Assembly: GCF_001194135.2 (NCBI RefSeq)
Contig: NC_068985.1
Span: forward strand, 53,972,392 to 54,006,014
Direction of reading: 5' to 3'
DNA length: 33,623 nucleotides
Origin: Octopus bimaculoides
Taxonomy: Eukaryota
Part shown: positions 1 through 10,514 of the stretch, piece after piece
Numbering within the stretch: position 1 is the stretch's first letter
How the letters are laid out: the number at the start of each line of letters is the position of its first letter
Made by a program: the position numbers and the translations under genes
The notes under the pieces: generated by a model
Databases searched by the model: none
What the model was told of the DNA's origin: nothing
Seen by the model: only the letters and a program-made list of their open reading frames with translations

Positions 1-8
1 TATATATA

Positions 9-44
<36 letters not shown>

Positions 45-389
45 TGTATATATACAAAGATACGCATATATACAGTCACAATGACACACACATATCAACG
101 AATGTACTGATGTCTGAATCAGTAAAATCAAGGCCTGTTACAACTGGCATTTTTGCTATGAATCTCTAAGCTGCTCCATCTCTCCCCCACAGAACAGTAA
201 TAACAAAGCAAAACTAGTCGAGCTGTTCTCAGGTTTATCTTGCAGAGAGAGGAAGAGGAGAACCACAAAAAGTCTATTTACACAGCAACACTGAAAACAT
301 GTTTATCAAACAGAACCATGTGAATTCATCCCTAATTCATAGGTACAAGCTGCCTTTAACAATGTGGGTACGCGCGCACACACACACAC

Positions 390-457
<68 letters not shown>

Positions 458-458
<1 letters not shown>

Positions 459-755
459 CTTTCACTTGTTTCAGTCATTGGACTGCGTCCATGTTGGGGC
501 ATCACATTAAAGGTTTTAGTCAAACAAAACAAGCCTGCTACTTATACTATTGGTCTCTTTTGACTGAACCACTACGTTACAACAACGCACACAAACCGAT
601 ACCGAAAAAAATATATATATATATATTCGGACGTCTTTCAGTTCCACTCACAAGCCACTGGTCAGCCCAGGGCTATAGTAGAATATATATGCCCAAGGTC
701 CCGAGCAGTAGGACTGAACTTAAGACCGACCACATGGTTGGGAAGCAAACTTCTA
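458..755 (-). mobile_element. tRNA-derived SINE (family A: head + microsatellite linker + body)
   Basis: The reverse complement matches the plus-strand head at 33421-33590 and the body at 32925-33143 (shared ...GCAGTCCAATGACTGAAACAAGT end). Confidence 0.8.
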
Positions 756-1263
756 CACACATACACACACACACATATATATATATACGTGTGTGCGTGA
801 GTATTCTATGCTGTACACTGGAATGTTGCAGCTCGCAGTGGGGGTAGTAATATAATTTGATTTTTTATGTTAGTATTGATCATGGGTAAATAATAAGATT
901 TATAAAAGTTTTAAATATTAATAAAAGGAATGAAAATTTATTATTACTTTTACATGTTATTCCTTTGTTAATATTTATTTTAAATAACTTTTACAAGATA
1001 TCTTTAGTCTTTTTGTCGTTCTAAACACACAGGACACTCCTTTATACGTTACCGATCGAGGGGTCATGTCACACAATGTGCAAGTTTATTGTTATCTCTA
1101 TCCATGGCACCTCATAAAGCTAGTCTCCCCTCCGTGTAAGCTGCACACTGAGTATATAATTAATGTTGTGTATGTATAGCTGTGTTTTCGTTATTTCATT
1201 CAGGTTATTCAAAATGAAAAAAGATAATAATGAAGACTTAAATTTTGCTGAATAGGCTATATA

Positions 1264-1298
<35 letters not shown>

Positions 1299-1844
1299 AA
1301 CACATATTGTTTATATATCTATACAGTATATTGTAATTTTAAAACACCAAAACGATTTACTACACACACACACATACATATATATATACAAGAACGTAAA
1401 CAATGTTTATATATCCGTTGTAATTTTAAGACACACGGCGATATATTATACACACACACGTATATATATACATACATATATATATACATACATATATATA
1501 NNNNNNNNNNNNNNNNNNNNNNNNAAGAAAATAATTAAAGCGGATCCGTGGTAGCAGAATGAAACTGATGTTACTATGTCAATTGATGGGGGCTGTTGAT
1601 GTGTGTAAGTAAAAAAGGAAATGATACAAGGGTTACTTTCCTATAGAATTACCGAAAAAAAAAGAAAGAGAGAGAAATAATGGGAGAGACAAGTGTGTAA
1701 TTCCGTGGATAGGTAATAAGCAACCTTCCTTCCATCCGGCTCATTTGAGGCTTCATTATTATAAAGACAAACAAAGAGGGGAAGTGATGAGAGCCAGGGG
1801 TTTAGCAGGGCAGAGATGGAGAAAGAGAAATCTGGACCACTTAC

Positions 1845-2069
1845 CGATTTGAAGTCTATGAACTGATATATATGGGTTCCATCTATCTTTACGAAATACA
1901 TTGATATAGTATTTGCAGCAGTATCAGCATCAATTGATTCGACCTGGACATCACCTCCTTTGTTCTTCACATTCACCACCAATTCACTCGCCACGATCGA
2001 CAACGACACCAACAATACTCCGAGTACTACACAAAGCTGTTCGTATTTCTTCTTCTTTTTGAAGATCAT
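1845..2069 (-). CDS. OAF: Out at first (OAF) homologue, coding exon 1 (signal peptide + N-terminal domain); downstream exons lie outside the window to the left
   Basis: ATG at 2069-2067 gives 75 codons MIFKKKKKYEQLCVVLGVLLVSLSIVAS|ELVVNVKNKGGDVQVESIDADTAANTISMYFVKIDGTHIYQFIDFKS, followed by a phase-0 GTAAGT donor (1844-1839). The mature part aligns by eye with human OAF as recalled ([47 protein letters not shown]). The supplied 160-aa ORF uses an upstream TTG start and runs on into the intron. Confidence 0.88.
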
Positions 2070-2420
2070 TTTGTGAAGAGGAGAAAGGGGAAGGGTTTGG
2101 AAGAGGCGGAGTAAACAGAACAAAAATGAAAGGGTTGTTATTGTTGCTTGTTGGTTAGTTGGTGTGGGGGGACCCAGAGAAAAAAGATGTCAAGACGTGT
2201 GAGAATCCCCCCACGTCACAGACACCTTGCACAGACAGCAACACATTCGTCTGCGGTTATTTGCCTGATGTACAACACTAAATGAGATTATACCCGCGTA
2301 TCAGACCAGCGTCTTTGTGGTAGACGTCAAGTGAACAGACGATGTCAGCGAAAATAAATAGAAGAAAGAATCTTAGATAAAATAACCAAAAATAAAGCTG
2401 ATTATATCACGTAAATATGT
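2070..2420. promoter_or_regulatory. Probable OAF 5' UTR/promoter, possibly bidirectional
   Basis: Repeat-free, locally CpG-rich segment directly upstream of the OAF ATG. It has several ACGT cores: CCACGTCA at 2211-2218 (TGACGTGG on minus), TAGACGTCAA at 2321-2330, and ATCACGTAA near 2407-2415. Confidence 0.5.
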
Positions 2421-2914
2421 GCTCAAAAACTTTACACATGCCATATAAAATGAATTCCTATTATTATTTTATATCATTAATTTATTTAACTTTCGTGCTC
2501 TAACCTCATAATATTTACAAACATTCATGAGGTAACGTGTAGAGAACTTTAAAAAATAATCTGTTTCAAAAATGTAAAGAATGCCAAATTGTGTTTGTTT
2601 ATTACACGTCTACTCTTCTGTCACAGATGGTTTTTCTGTCGGTCCTCTCATAAATTTCATAATAGTCTCTCGACTCGACCCCAAGGCAAATAATAAAATG
2701 AAACGTTATCTTTCTTAAAAATAGGACCCAATAACACAAAGTCTGGACGAACTGTAATTCTACCGAACCATCACTCAATCCCTCATCCCTGCTCTCTTTA
2801 TTGTTAATTAATTACAATCATACGATGAGGTAAAAACAGTCCAAAAAAATTAAATTAACTTGCTGCATTCCACAACACTTCAATAATTATTAACTCCACT
2901 GATCCTAATGAGAT

Positions 2915-3050
2915 TATGCTGGATAAATCGATTTTATAGTGTATTACTGGTACTCATTTTCATGCTATTCCAGTAATGAAGGATTAGCTTCAATTCTATT
3001 TTAACCCCAGTTGAATTTGATCTCAGAAACAGAGTGTTTGTAGTCCAAGG
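2915..3050 (-). mobile_element. Degraded SINE (family B) fragment
   Basis: ACTGGTACTCATTTT, ATGAAGG and TTGAATTTGATCTCAGAA match the reverse complement of the SINE units at 11691-12305. Confidence 0.45.
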
Positions 3051-3095
3051 ATTCCCAAAGAAATTGATAGACTTAAGACTTTTGAATGATGAGAT

Positions 3096-4070
3096 TGTAA
3101 GGACCGTGCGATCAGGAGAAGGTGACGAGGAATGGCTCCTTTAATACATTTCACGGTCGATACAAATGAAAATATGAAAAGAGGATAAATGAGTACAAGT
3201 GCCAGAATGAAAAAAGAGACACAACCGGTTTAAGAGAAGATTTTTATTGCTATGTCAACTTGTGTCTGTGTGTGCGACATATAAACATAATAATAGACAG
3301 GCCGTCATATAAACATAGTGTATGTGTATACAAACATGGATGTAAGTGTGTGCGAGAAATACAGAGCATAGAAAAGAGTCTATAAGGACGTTAGGAGAAA
3401 GTCCAGGCACAAGGATGACAAAATACCAGTTTGTATTCAAGGTACACAGTGGTTGAGGTGCTGTAACAAGAAGTTGAGGCCGCGTAGCAGAGCCGAGGAA
3501 AGGCACTGTCGTGTAAGAAGTTGTGGCTTCAATGCTGCTACCGGTTACTTAGTACAGGAGGTTGTCGCAGGTTGTAATCACTGTTATCCATGGTGAAGTA
3601 ATTCACAAACAGTGTGGAGATAGAACCTGTGCGAATGCTGTTGGTGGTGTGTACCTAGAGAAGTTGGTGTTGACGCTAAGAAGCAGGAGGTGACGAAGAT
3701 GGAGTTCCTGGATGCTGCTGGACGAAGTGTTGACGATTCACCATGTGGCTGCTGTTGCCGTCGCTGGAACTGGCTGTGTGCACTGTGGCCAGCGGCTAGA
3801 CCCCAGAAGGTCTAGAGCCAAACTGACAAACTGTGACAGTGAGAGGTTAGCTATTTATAACATCCTGTCAGCTCAAACTGGGTTCAGAAAAGACTGTCTC
3901 ACACGACCTTATCTGAAGGCTGCGATTGTTTGGGTTGCATCTTGGTGCGCAATAGAACAGGAGACAAACTGCGCCAATACCAACTAATCAGTGATGGACA
4001 CAACAGGGTCCAAAAATGCAGCCGAAGGCTAGCTGTTATCCACTACGTCCATATCCATGTATATATAACA
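3096..4070 (-). mobile_element. Solo-LTR-like segment (right boundary uncertain)
   Basis: Non-coding, higher-GC block. On minus it starts TGTTA (4070) and ends TTACA (3096), with TATAAA at 3859-3854 and AATAAA at 3248-3243 in LTR order. No matching target-site duplication was found. Confidence 0.4.
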
Positions 4071-4089
4071 CTGAAAGAGAGAGAAGTAT

Positions 4090-4275
4090 CCACATAAAAA
4101 GCACTAAGTCCACTCTGTTGAGTGGCTGGTGTCAGGAAGGGCATCCAGCTGTAAAACTCCTACCAAAACAGTCACAGAAGTGTGGTGCAAGCTTCTGCCT
4201 GGTCAGCTCTTGTGAAACTGTCCGACCCATGCTAGCACAGAAGGTGGACGTTAAATGATAATGATGTTGATGGTG
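4090..4275 (+). mobile_element. RTE-LINE-type 3' tail repeat ending in (GAT)n
   Basis: AGGAAGGGCATCCAGCTGTA...CCCATGCTAGCA...GGACGTTAAATGAT motif, shared with 7830-8130, 21470-21646 and (minus) 4322-4520 and 12660-12920. Confidence 0.75.
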
Positions 4276-4321
4276 AAAAGAAGTATTAAAAAACCACATT
4301 ATTTATGGGATGACCCAATGT

Positions 4322-4665
4322 ATCATCATCATCATCATCATCATCATCATCGTTTAACGTCCGCTTTCCATGCTAGCATGGGTTGGACGATTTGACTGAG
4401 GACTGGTGAAACCGGATGGCAACACCAGGCTCCAATCTAATTTGGCAGAGTTTCTACAGCAGGATGCCCTTCCTAACGCCAACCACTCAGAGAGTGTAGT
4501 GGGTGCTTTTACGTGTCACCCAGATAGCGGAAGCTATCAACTACCTCTAGTTTTTCTCCCTGGAATGAGATAGAAGTTGTTTCCTGTTTGTTTACAGTGT
4601 TTATTACACCTGAACATCTGCCACATACAAAGACTAACTTTGTAGTTAATCTGCTTTGATATTGC
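4322..4665 (-). mobile_element. RTE-clade LINE fragment: RT-internal segment fused directly to the 3' tail
   Basis: The minus strand encodes QYQSRLTTKLVFVCGRCSGVINTVNKQETTSISFQGEKLEVVDSFRYLGD (homologous to the 31327-31758 ORF), then the about 200-nt tail and (GAT)n. Confidence 0.85.
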
Positions 4666-5421
4666 NNNNNNNNNNNNNNNNNNNNNNNNNNNNNNNNNNN
4701 NNNNNNNNNNNNNNNNNNNNNNNNNNNNNNNNNNNNNNNNNNNNNNNNNNNNNNNNNNNNNNNNNNNNNNNNNNNNNNNNNNNNNNNNNNNNNNNNNNNN
4801 NNNNNNNNNNNNNNNNNNNNNNNNNNNNNNNNNNNNNNNNNNNNNNNNNNNNNNNNNNNNNNNNNNNNNNNNNNNNNNNNNNNNNNNNNNNNNNNNNNNN
4901 NNNNNNNNNNNNNNNNNNNNNNNNNNNNNNNNNNNNNNNNNNNNNNNNNNNNNNNNNNNNNNNNNNNNNNNNNNNNNNNNNNNNNNNNNNNNNNNNNNNN
5001 NNNNNNNNNNNNNNNNNNNNNNNNNNNNNNNNNNNNNNNNNNNNNNNNNNNNNNNNNNNNNNNNNNNNNNNNNNNNNNNNNNNNNNNNNNNNNNNNNNNN
5101 NNNNNNNNNNNNNNNNNNNNNNNNNNNNNNNNNNNNNNNNNNNNNNNNNNNNNNNNNNNNNNNNNNNNNNNNNNNNNNNNNNNNNNNNNNNNNNNNNNNN
5201 NNNNNNNNNNNNNNNNNNNNNNNNNNNNNNNNNNNNNNNNNNNNNNNNNNNNNNNNNNNNNNNTATATATACTACACACACACACACACCTATACATACA
5301 ATTTACTGAATATTTTTAAAATTAAGAATTACTTTTTATAATTAAATTGAGCCATGAGTTCGACTAAACATCACCATATGCTTGACAACCCTGTTCTAAA
5401 ACATTCATTATTAAATATATG

Positions 5422-5471
<50 letters not shown>

Positions 5472-5544
5472 TGTATATATATGTATAATAATCAGGCAAT
5501 AATCTAGTAGCTCTGCGTCAGCAAGACTTGAAAAATATCTGAAG

Positions 5545-5703
5545 CTCATTTTTCACCACTTCATTCCATGTCATCCAGGATCTTTCTCTTCCACAGATTC
5601 CATTCACATTAGCACCTCTTTATGTAGCTATACTTATCCACATACATCATATGACCATACCAGCACAGTCTTCTCTCTTCAACACTACATCTGATACCTC
5701 TTA
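5545..5703 (-). mobile_element. RTE LINE C-terminal fragment
   Basis: Minus translation IRGIRCSVEERRLCWYGHM matches IRGIKCSIQERRLHWFGHV at 6880-6960. Confidence 0.7.
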
Positions 5704-5900
5704 TCTACATATATAAAAATGAGAATGTGTGTCTGTCCGTCTGTCTGTATGTATACATCACTAAAACTCAAGAACTACCCAACCAATTTCCTTCAAACTT
5801 TACACATACACTACTTAGGGTCCATGGAGTGTCATGCACCAAAAACAGTTTCAATTTCTTGCCTAATACGAGTCCGAAGCAATTTCTTAGACTGTTTTGG
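5704..5900 (+). mobile_element. Helitron-like non-autonomous element, 5' part
   Basis: A|TCTACATATATAAAAATGAGAATGTGTGTCTGTCCGTCTGTCTG start is typical of Helitron 5' ends (TC after A, followed by a (TCTG)n tract). No clear 3' hairpin/CTAG end. Confidence 0.55.
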
Positions 5901-6074
5901 TATTACGTGTCAAAAGTGAAACAATAACATCTCTATTGTAATGTGAGATAATAGTTTCAGTTTTAATAGTTTCACTATCAATACTTTCACTATGTATATA
6001 ATATATACATAGTGAAAGTATTATCTCACATTAATATATGCATGCATATATATACATGTGCATGTAATTATATA

Positions 6075-6129
<55 letters not shown>

Positions 6130-6561
6130 NNNNNNNNNNNNNNNNNNNNNNNNNNNNNNNNNNNNNNNNNNNNNNNNNNNNNNNNNNNNNNNNNNNNNNN
6201 NNNNNNNNNNNNNNNNNNNNNNNNNNNNNNNNNNNNNNNNNNNNNNNNNNNNNNNNNNNNNNNNNNNNNNNNNNNNNNNNNNNNNNNNNNNNNNNNNNNN
6301 NNNNNNNNNNNNNNNNNNNNNNNNNNNNNNNNNNNNNNNNNNNNNNNNNNNNNNNNNNNNNNNNNNNNNNNNNNNNNNNNNNNNNNNNNNNNNNNNNNNN
6401 NNNNNNNNNNNNNNNNNNNNNNNNNNNNNNNNNNNNNNNNNNNNNNNNNNNNNNNNNNNNNNNNNNNNNNNNNNNNNNNNNNNNNNNNCGTCAGCAAGAC
6501 TTGAAAAAATATAGTATAAAGTGAAAAGGGTATAGTGAACTTGCGGTGAGAAGTGGAATAT

Positions 6562-6592
6562 CCAACGTTTCGGATTTAATCCATCATCAGGG
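6562..6592 (-). ncRNA. Minimal type I hammerhead ribozyme motif (Penelope-type)
   Basis: Minus strand reads CC-CTGATGA-T-GGA-TTAAA-TCC-GAAA-CG-TT-GG: intact core boxes, 3-bp stem II, palindromic ACGT stem III, GUU triplet, 2-bp stem I. Confidence 0.65.
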
Positions 6593-6647
6593 GTCAGAGA
6601 AAAAGAGAAGAAAAAGAGAAAAAAGTCAGACAGAGGTTACATCCTCT

Positions 6648-6800
6648 CAGCTTGAAAAATTCTGTAGATGAGGTCAGAACAATACTGAAGGAGTATTTTT
6701 CATCACAGAAAAGTGAATTTTGGAAGAGAGGCCTTGCAAGTCTACCAGATAGATGGAAGAGCATTGTAGAAAATGAAGGAGAGTATATTTTAGATGAAGA
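6648..6800 (+). mobile_element. Mariner transposase C-terminal relic
   Basis: QLENSVDEVRTILKEYFSSQKSEFWKRGLASLPDRWKSIVENEGEYILD resembles the conserved mariner C-terminus (FxxRGIxxLPxRWxxxxxxxGEY). Confidence 0.8.
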
Positions 6801-6829
6801 AAGAACTTTGTTTATCGTATTTTAGAAAA

Positions 6830-7800
6830 ATGATATGCAACATCAGTGCAAATGTATGGCAAAGTGCAAATGTATTGAGAGAAAAGTTGGGCATAAGAGG
6901 AATCAAATGTAGCATACAAGAGAGAAGACTACATTGGTTTGGACATGTGATGCTTATGAATGAGGACAGTTGCGTAAAGAAGTGCCAATCACCGAAAGTG
7001 GATGGTGCCCACAGAAGAGAGTGACCCAGAAGACATAGGATGAAGTGATAAGGACCAATCTCAGAATGTTGGGCCTCATGGAGGAAATGACAACAAACCA
7101 AGATGTCAGGCAATATAGAGTTGTAAAGAAGACCCACCCACATCAGCAAAACTTAGTTCTAGAAGTGCTGTGTGTCCTACCCACACAAGAAAACTTCTCA
7201 TACACTCTACCACAACAAGCCAAACTACATCTCTACATCTCTTCTCTTCCTCAACATTTCCACTTCATGTATTATTTTTACTTCCCATTCCCCAATCCTG
7301 TCCTCTTGGCCCTGTGCCCCTGACCTGTGTGTTCCACCCACATGCCGTGTCTCCCTGTATTATTGCTATCTGTGAGCCCTCAACCTGTGTGTTCCACTCA
7401 CACATAACAAGAAAACTTTTCACTCACCCTACCCCAACAAACCAATCTGCATCTCCACATCTCTTCTCTTCCTCACATTTCCTCCTTAATACACAATGGC
7501 TAGCTCTCACTTCCCATTCCTGTTCTCACAGCCCTGCTCCTCTGTATCAATGCTATCCGGTAGCCCCCACCAACTCATTATATACCCAGGTTTTCACCAC
7601 TCATCTCCCCACTCTTTAATCACACTCCCTTCGCAATATCCTGCCACTTATATTCCCTCTCTCTCTCTCTTTGTCTGGCTGGATAGCCTTGTACTTCCTC
7701 TACAACAAGACACCTGTTTCTGTCTCTCTGTCTCATTATAACCTTTCATCATCTGACACAATATCACCTCCTCCAATGCCTTCTCCCCTCTTGAAAGCTT
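6830..7800 (+). mobile_element. RTE LINE C-terminal coding remnant plus pyrimidine-rich 3' region
   Basis: LREKLGIRGIKCSIQERRLHWFGHV...RPRKT*DEVIRTNLRMLGL is followed by AGTTCTAGAAGTGCTG, which also follows the homologous remnant at about 16950. Confidence 0.75.
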
Positions 7801-7829
7801 TTTCTCTTTTTCTTGCAAGTACTTGGTGA

Positions 7830-8130
7830 CCCTGTCAGTGTAGGTGCTACTTAAAAGCACCCAGTCCACACTGTAAAGTGGTTGACATTTGGAAGGGCAT
7901 CCAGCTGTAAAAACCTTGCCAAAACTGACCTCGCCTGTGCTTGTGCCACATAAAAAGCACTAAGTCCACTCTGTTGAGTGGCTGGTGTCAGGAAGGGCAT
8001 CCAGCTGTAAAACTCCTACCAAAACAGTCACAGAAGTCTGGTGCAGGCTTCTGCCTGGTCAGCTCTTGTGAAACTGTCCCACCCATGCTAGCACAGAAGG
8101 TGGACGTTAAATGATAATGATGTTGATGGT
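7830..8130 (+). mobile_element. Two adjacent RTE-type 3' tail repeats
   Basis: Two successive AAAAGCAC...GAAGGGCATCCAGCTGTAAAA units; the second is about 98% identical to 4090-4319. Confidence 0.7.
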
Positions 8131-8395
8131 GAAAAGAAGTATTAAAAAACCGCATTATTTATGGGATGACCCAATATATATATATATATATATATATATA
8201 NNNNNNNNNNNNNNNNNNNNNNNNNNNNNNNNNNNNNNNNNNNNNNNNNNNNNNNNNNNNNNNNNNNNNNNNNNNNNNNNNNNNNNNNNNNNNNNNNNNN
8301 NNNNNNNNNNNNNNNNNNNNNNNNNNNNNNNNNNNNNNNNNNNNNNNNNNNNNNNNNNNNNNNNNNNNNNNNNNNNNNNNNNNNNNNNNNNNNNN

Positions 8396-8503
8396 AGCTC
8401 GAAACGTCAAAGACTTTCCGTATTCCCGAGCGTCATACTAATATATACTTTTGTTATTTACACCACCTGTCCTCGTCTGTTGTTATTTTTTGTATATTCT
8501 CCC

Positions 8504-8505
<2 letters not shown>
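8396..8505 (+). ncRNA. 3' half of a hammerhead motif / Penelope pseudo-LTR remnant at a gap edge
   Basis: AGCTC-GAAA-C-GTC-AAAGAC (GAAA 8401-8404, GUC 8406-8408). The CUGANGA half would fall inside the N gap. Confidence 0.4.
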
Positions 8506-8544
<39 letters not shown>

Positions 8545-8959
8545 TATACATACAATTTACTGAGTATTTTTAAAATTAAGAATTACTTTTTATAATTAAA
8601 TTGAGCCATGAGTTCGACTAAACATCACCATATGCTTGACAACCCTGTTCTAAAACATTCATTATTAAATTCTTAGTGAAATGTGTAAGTTGGATAATTT
8701 ATTTACTAGCTTATAATGTAAATATTTGGTGTGGTTAATAACCCAGCTATCAAGGTGACCTGTTTTGGGTCATCTAAACTTTATAAAAACTGTAATTGAT
8801 TCTGTATAAATTGTGAAGCTAATTGTTTATTTGAATTACATTAAACTTATCTCTTATCTCACTTTCTCTGTGTGTGTGTATGTGCGTGTCCTTGTTTAGA
8901 CATTGCCTGATATTTGAAAATGAGCATCAATGTCATACAAGCGAGGTTGTTTGTTTGTT

Positions 8960-9075
8960 CGCAGCCTTCCATGAAAAACATGTCTGACTATGGGAAAATA
9001 TTGCCATACTTTGAAATGGGTGAAGACTGATGACAAGAAGAGCATCCAGCTATAGAAATTCTGCCTCAACAAATC
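8960..9075 (+). mobile_element. Degraded LINE-tail/SINE-like repeat
   Basis: Contains AAGAAGAGCATCCAGCTATAGAAA, a diverged version of the RTE tail motif. Confidence 0.45.
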
Positions 9076-9569
9076 ATATATATATAGAGAGAGCACTGTC
9101 GTTCACAAATCATATATATAATAATATAAATAATAAATATATGCATATATCCATACATATATGTACATGCCTACATCTAGAGAAACAAGACAGGCAACAT
9201 AAAGAATATTTCCCTTCATCAGTTGTCCCTGTCCATCTACTCCACATTTCGAAGGCAAGGACAATACGCGACTTTGTTGGAACAGTCCTTCCCGCAAAGC
9301 AAATGAAATAAAATTTGGAATTTTTTGTGGAGGGTGAAAGTGTTAACAAGAACAGGACAGTGAGAACAAGACAGTAAAAGACAGTAAAAACAAGACACAA
9401 CAGTCAAAACAAAACAAACGGTAAGGGCTGTTAAGGCAAGACAATAGAAAAATTATTATTTTGAACCTAGTTAGATGTGAATGAAAGACTCCCTGGAGGG
9501 TCAAGGAGGAGGAGTGAGAGAGAGGGAACGGTGAAAGGAAGAGAAGAATAGGGAAAGGGTGTGGGTGTG

Positions 9570-9625
<56 letters not shown>

Positions 9626-10398
9626 CACACCCACGCACACACATTCAGTTGCACACACACACCAGCCAGACAATTATAACAACACAAATATATTCAGACA
9701 GACAGACACACACATACTCATGTACACTCACGTAACATCCCCACCAACACAACACACACAAACACACGCACATACACAGACGCACACATACACACACCAC
9801 ACTGAACTCTAAGACCAGTCCCCCCAAAAAACTGAACCATGACAGACTAGCCCAGAAACAAGAAAATCCTTTTCATTCCACAATGCTCTCCCCCACCAAC
9901 CAACCTCCCACACCATTTCTAAAAATAGCAAACAAGACAGGAGACGATGGATGGAAAGGTTGGTTATTCCCCTAAAATTCTGTATAAATACTTAAATATG
10001 ATTCCTTCTCTGTATATATGCTTTCTATACAATCATGATTCTTGATGAGCTTAAAATAATTATAAATTTATTTTACTGCCTATTTTGAACACTTTCATGT
10101 AAACTGTTAAAACAAAAAGCCCCTCTTTACCTTTTTTTATCATTCATTGTCATAGATTCTATTTTTTAACATTTTCTTATCATTTTCAAAGACTGTATAA
10201 CTGTATTTTAATACAATTATGATAACCATTTTTTAACACAACAAAGCTTATACAAAGCTTTACATTTTACTTTTGATAATCTTTTTTTTAAAAAAGTGAA
10301 ACCGGTCAAGTCAATAAACATCTTTAAAAGAACCCTGCATTTTCAAACTTTCTTTCCTATATATTTTCACTCATGCGGTACCTTGCAAGTTTACTTTG

Positions 10399-10467
<69 letters not shown>

Positions 10468-10514
10468 TACATAAAAATACATGTAAATAAAACCCATGTG
10501 GGATACATAATGAA

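Noticed and set aside
299-1554. ORFs rich in YI/HT/CV dipeptides (here and throughout the window)
   Set aside because: They are translations of (TA)n, (CA)n and (TATG)n microsatellites that happen to lack stops.
4509-6524. Long ORFs containing X runs (also 8111-8563, 16993-17636, 19397-20392, 31802-32790)
   Set aside because: They are open only because they cross N gaps (4666-5263, 6130-6488, 8201-8395, 17297-17452, 19493-20203, 31956-32708).
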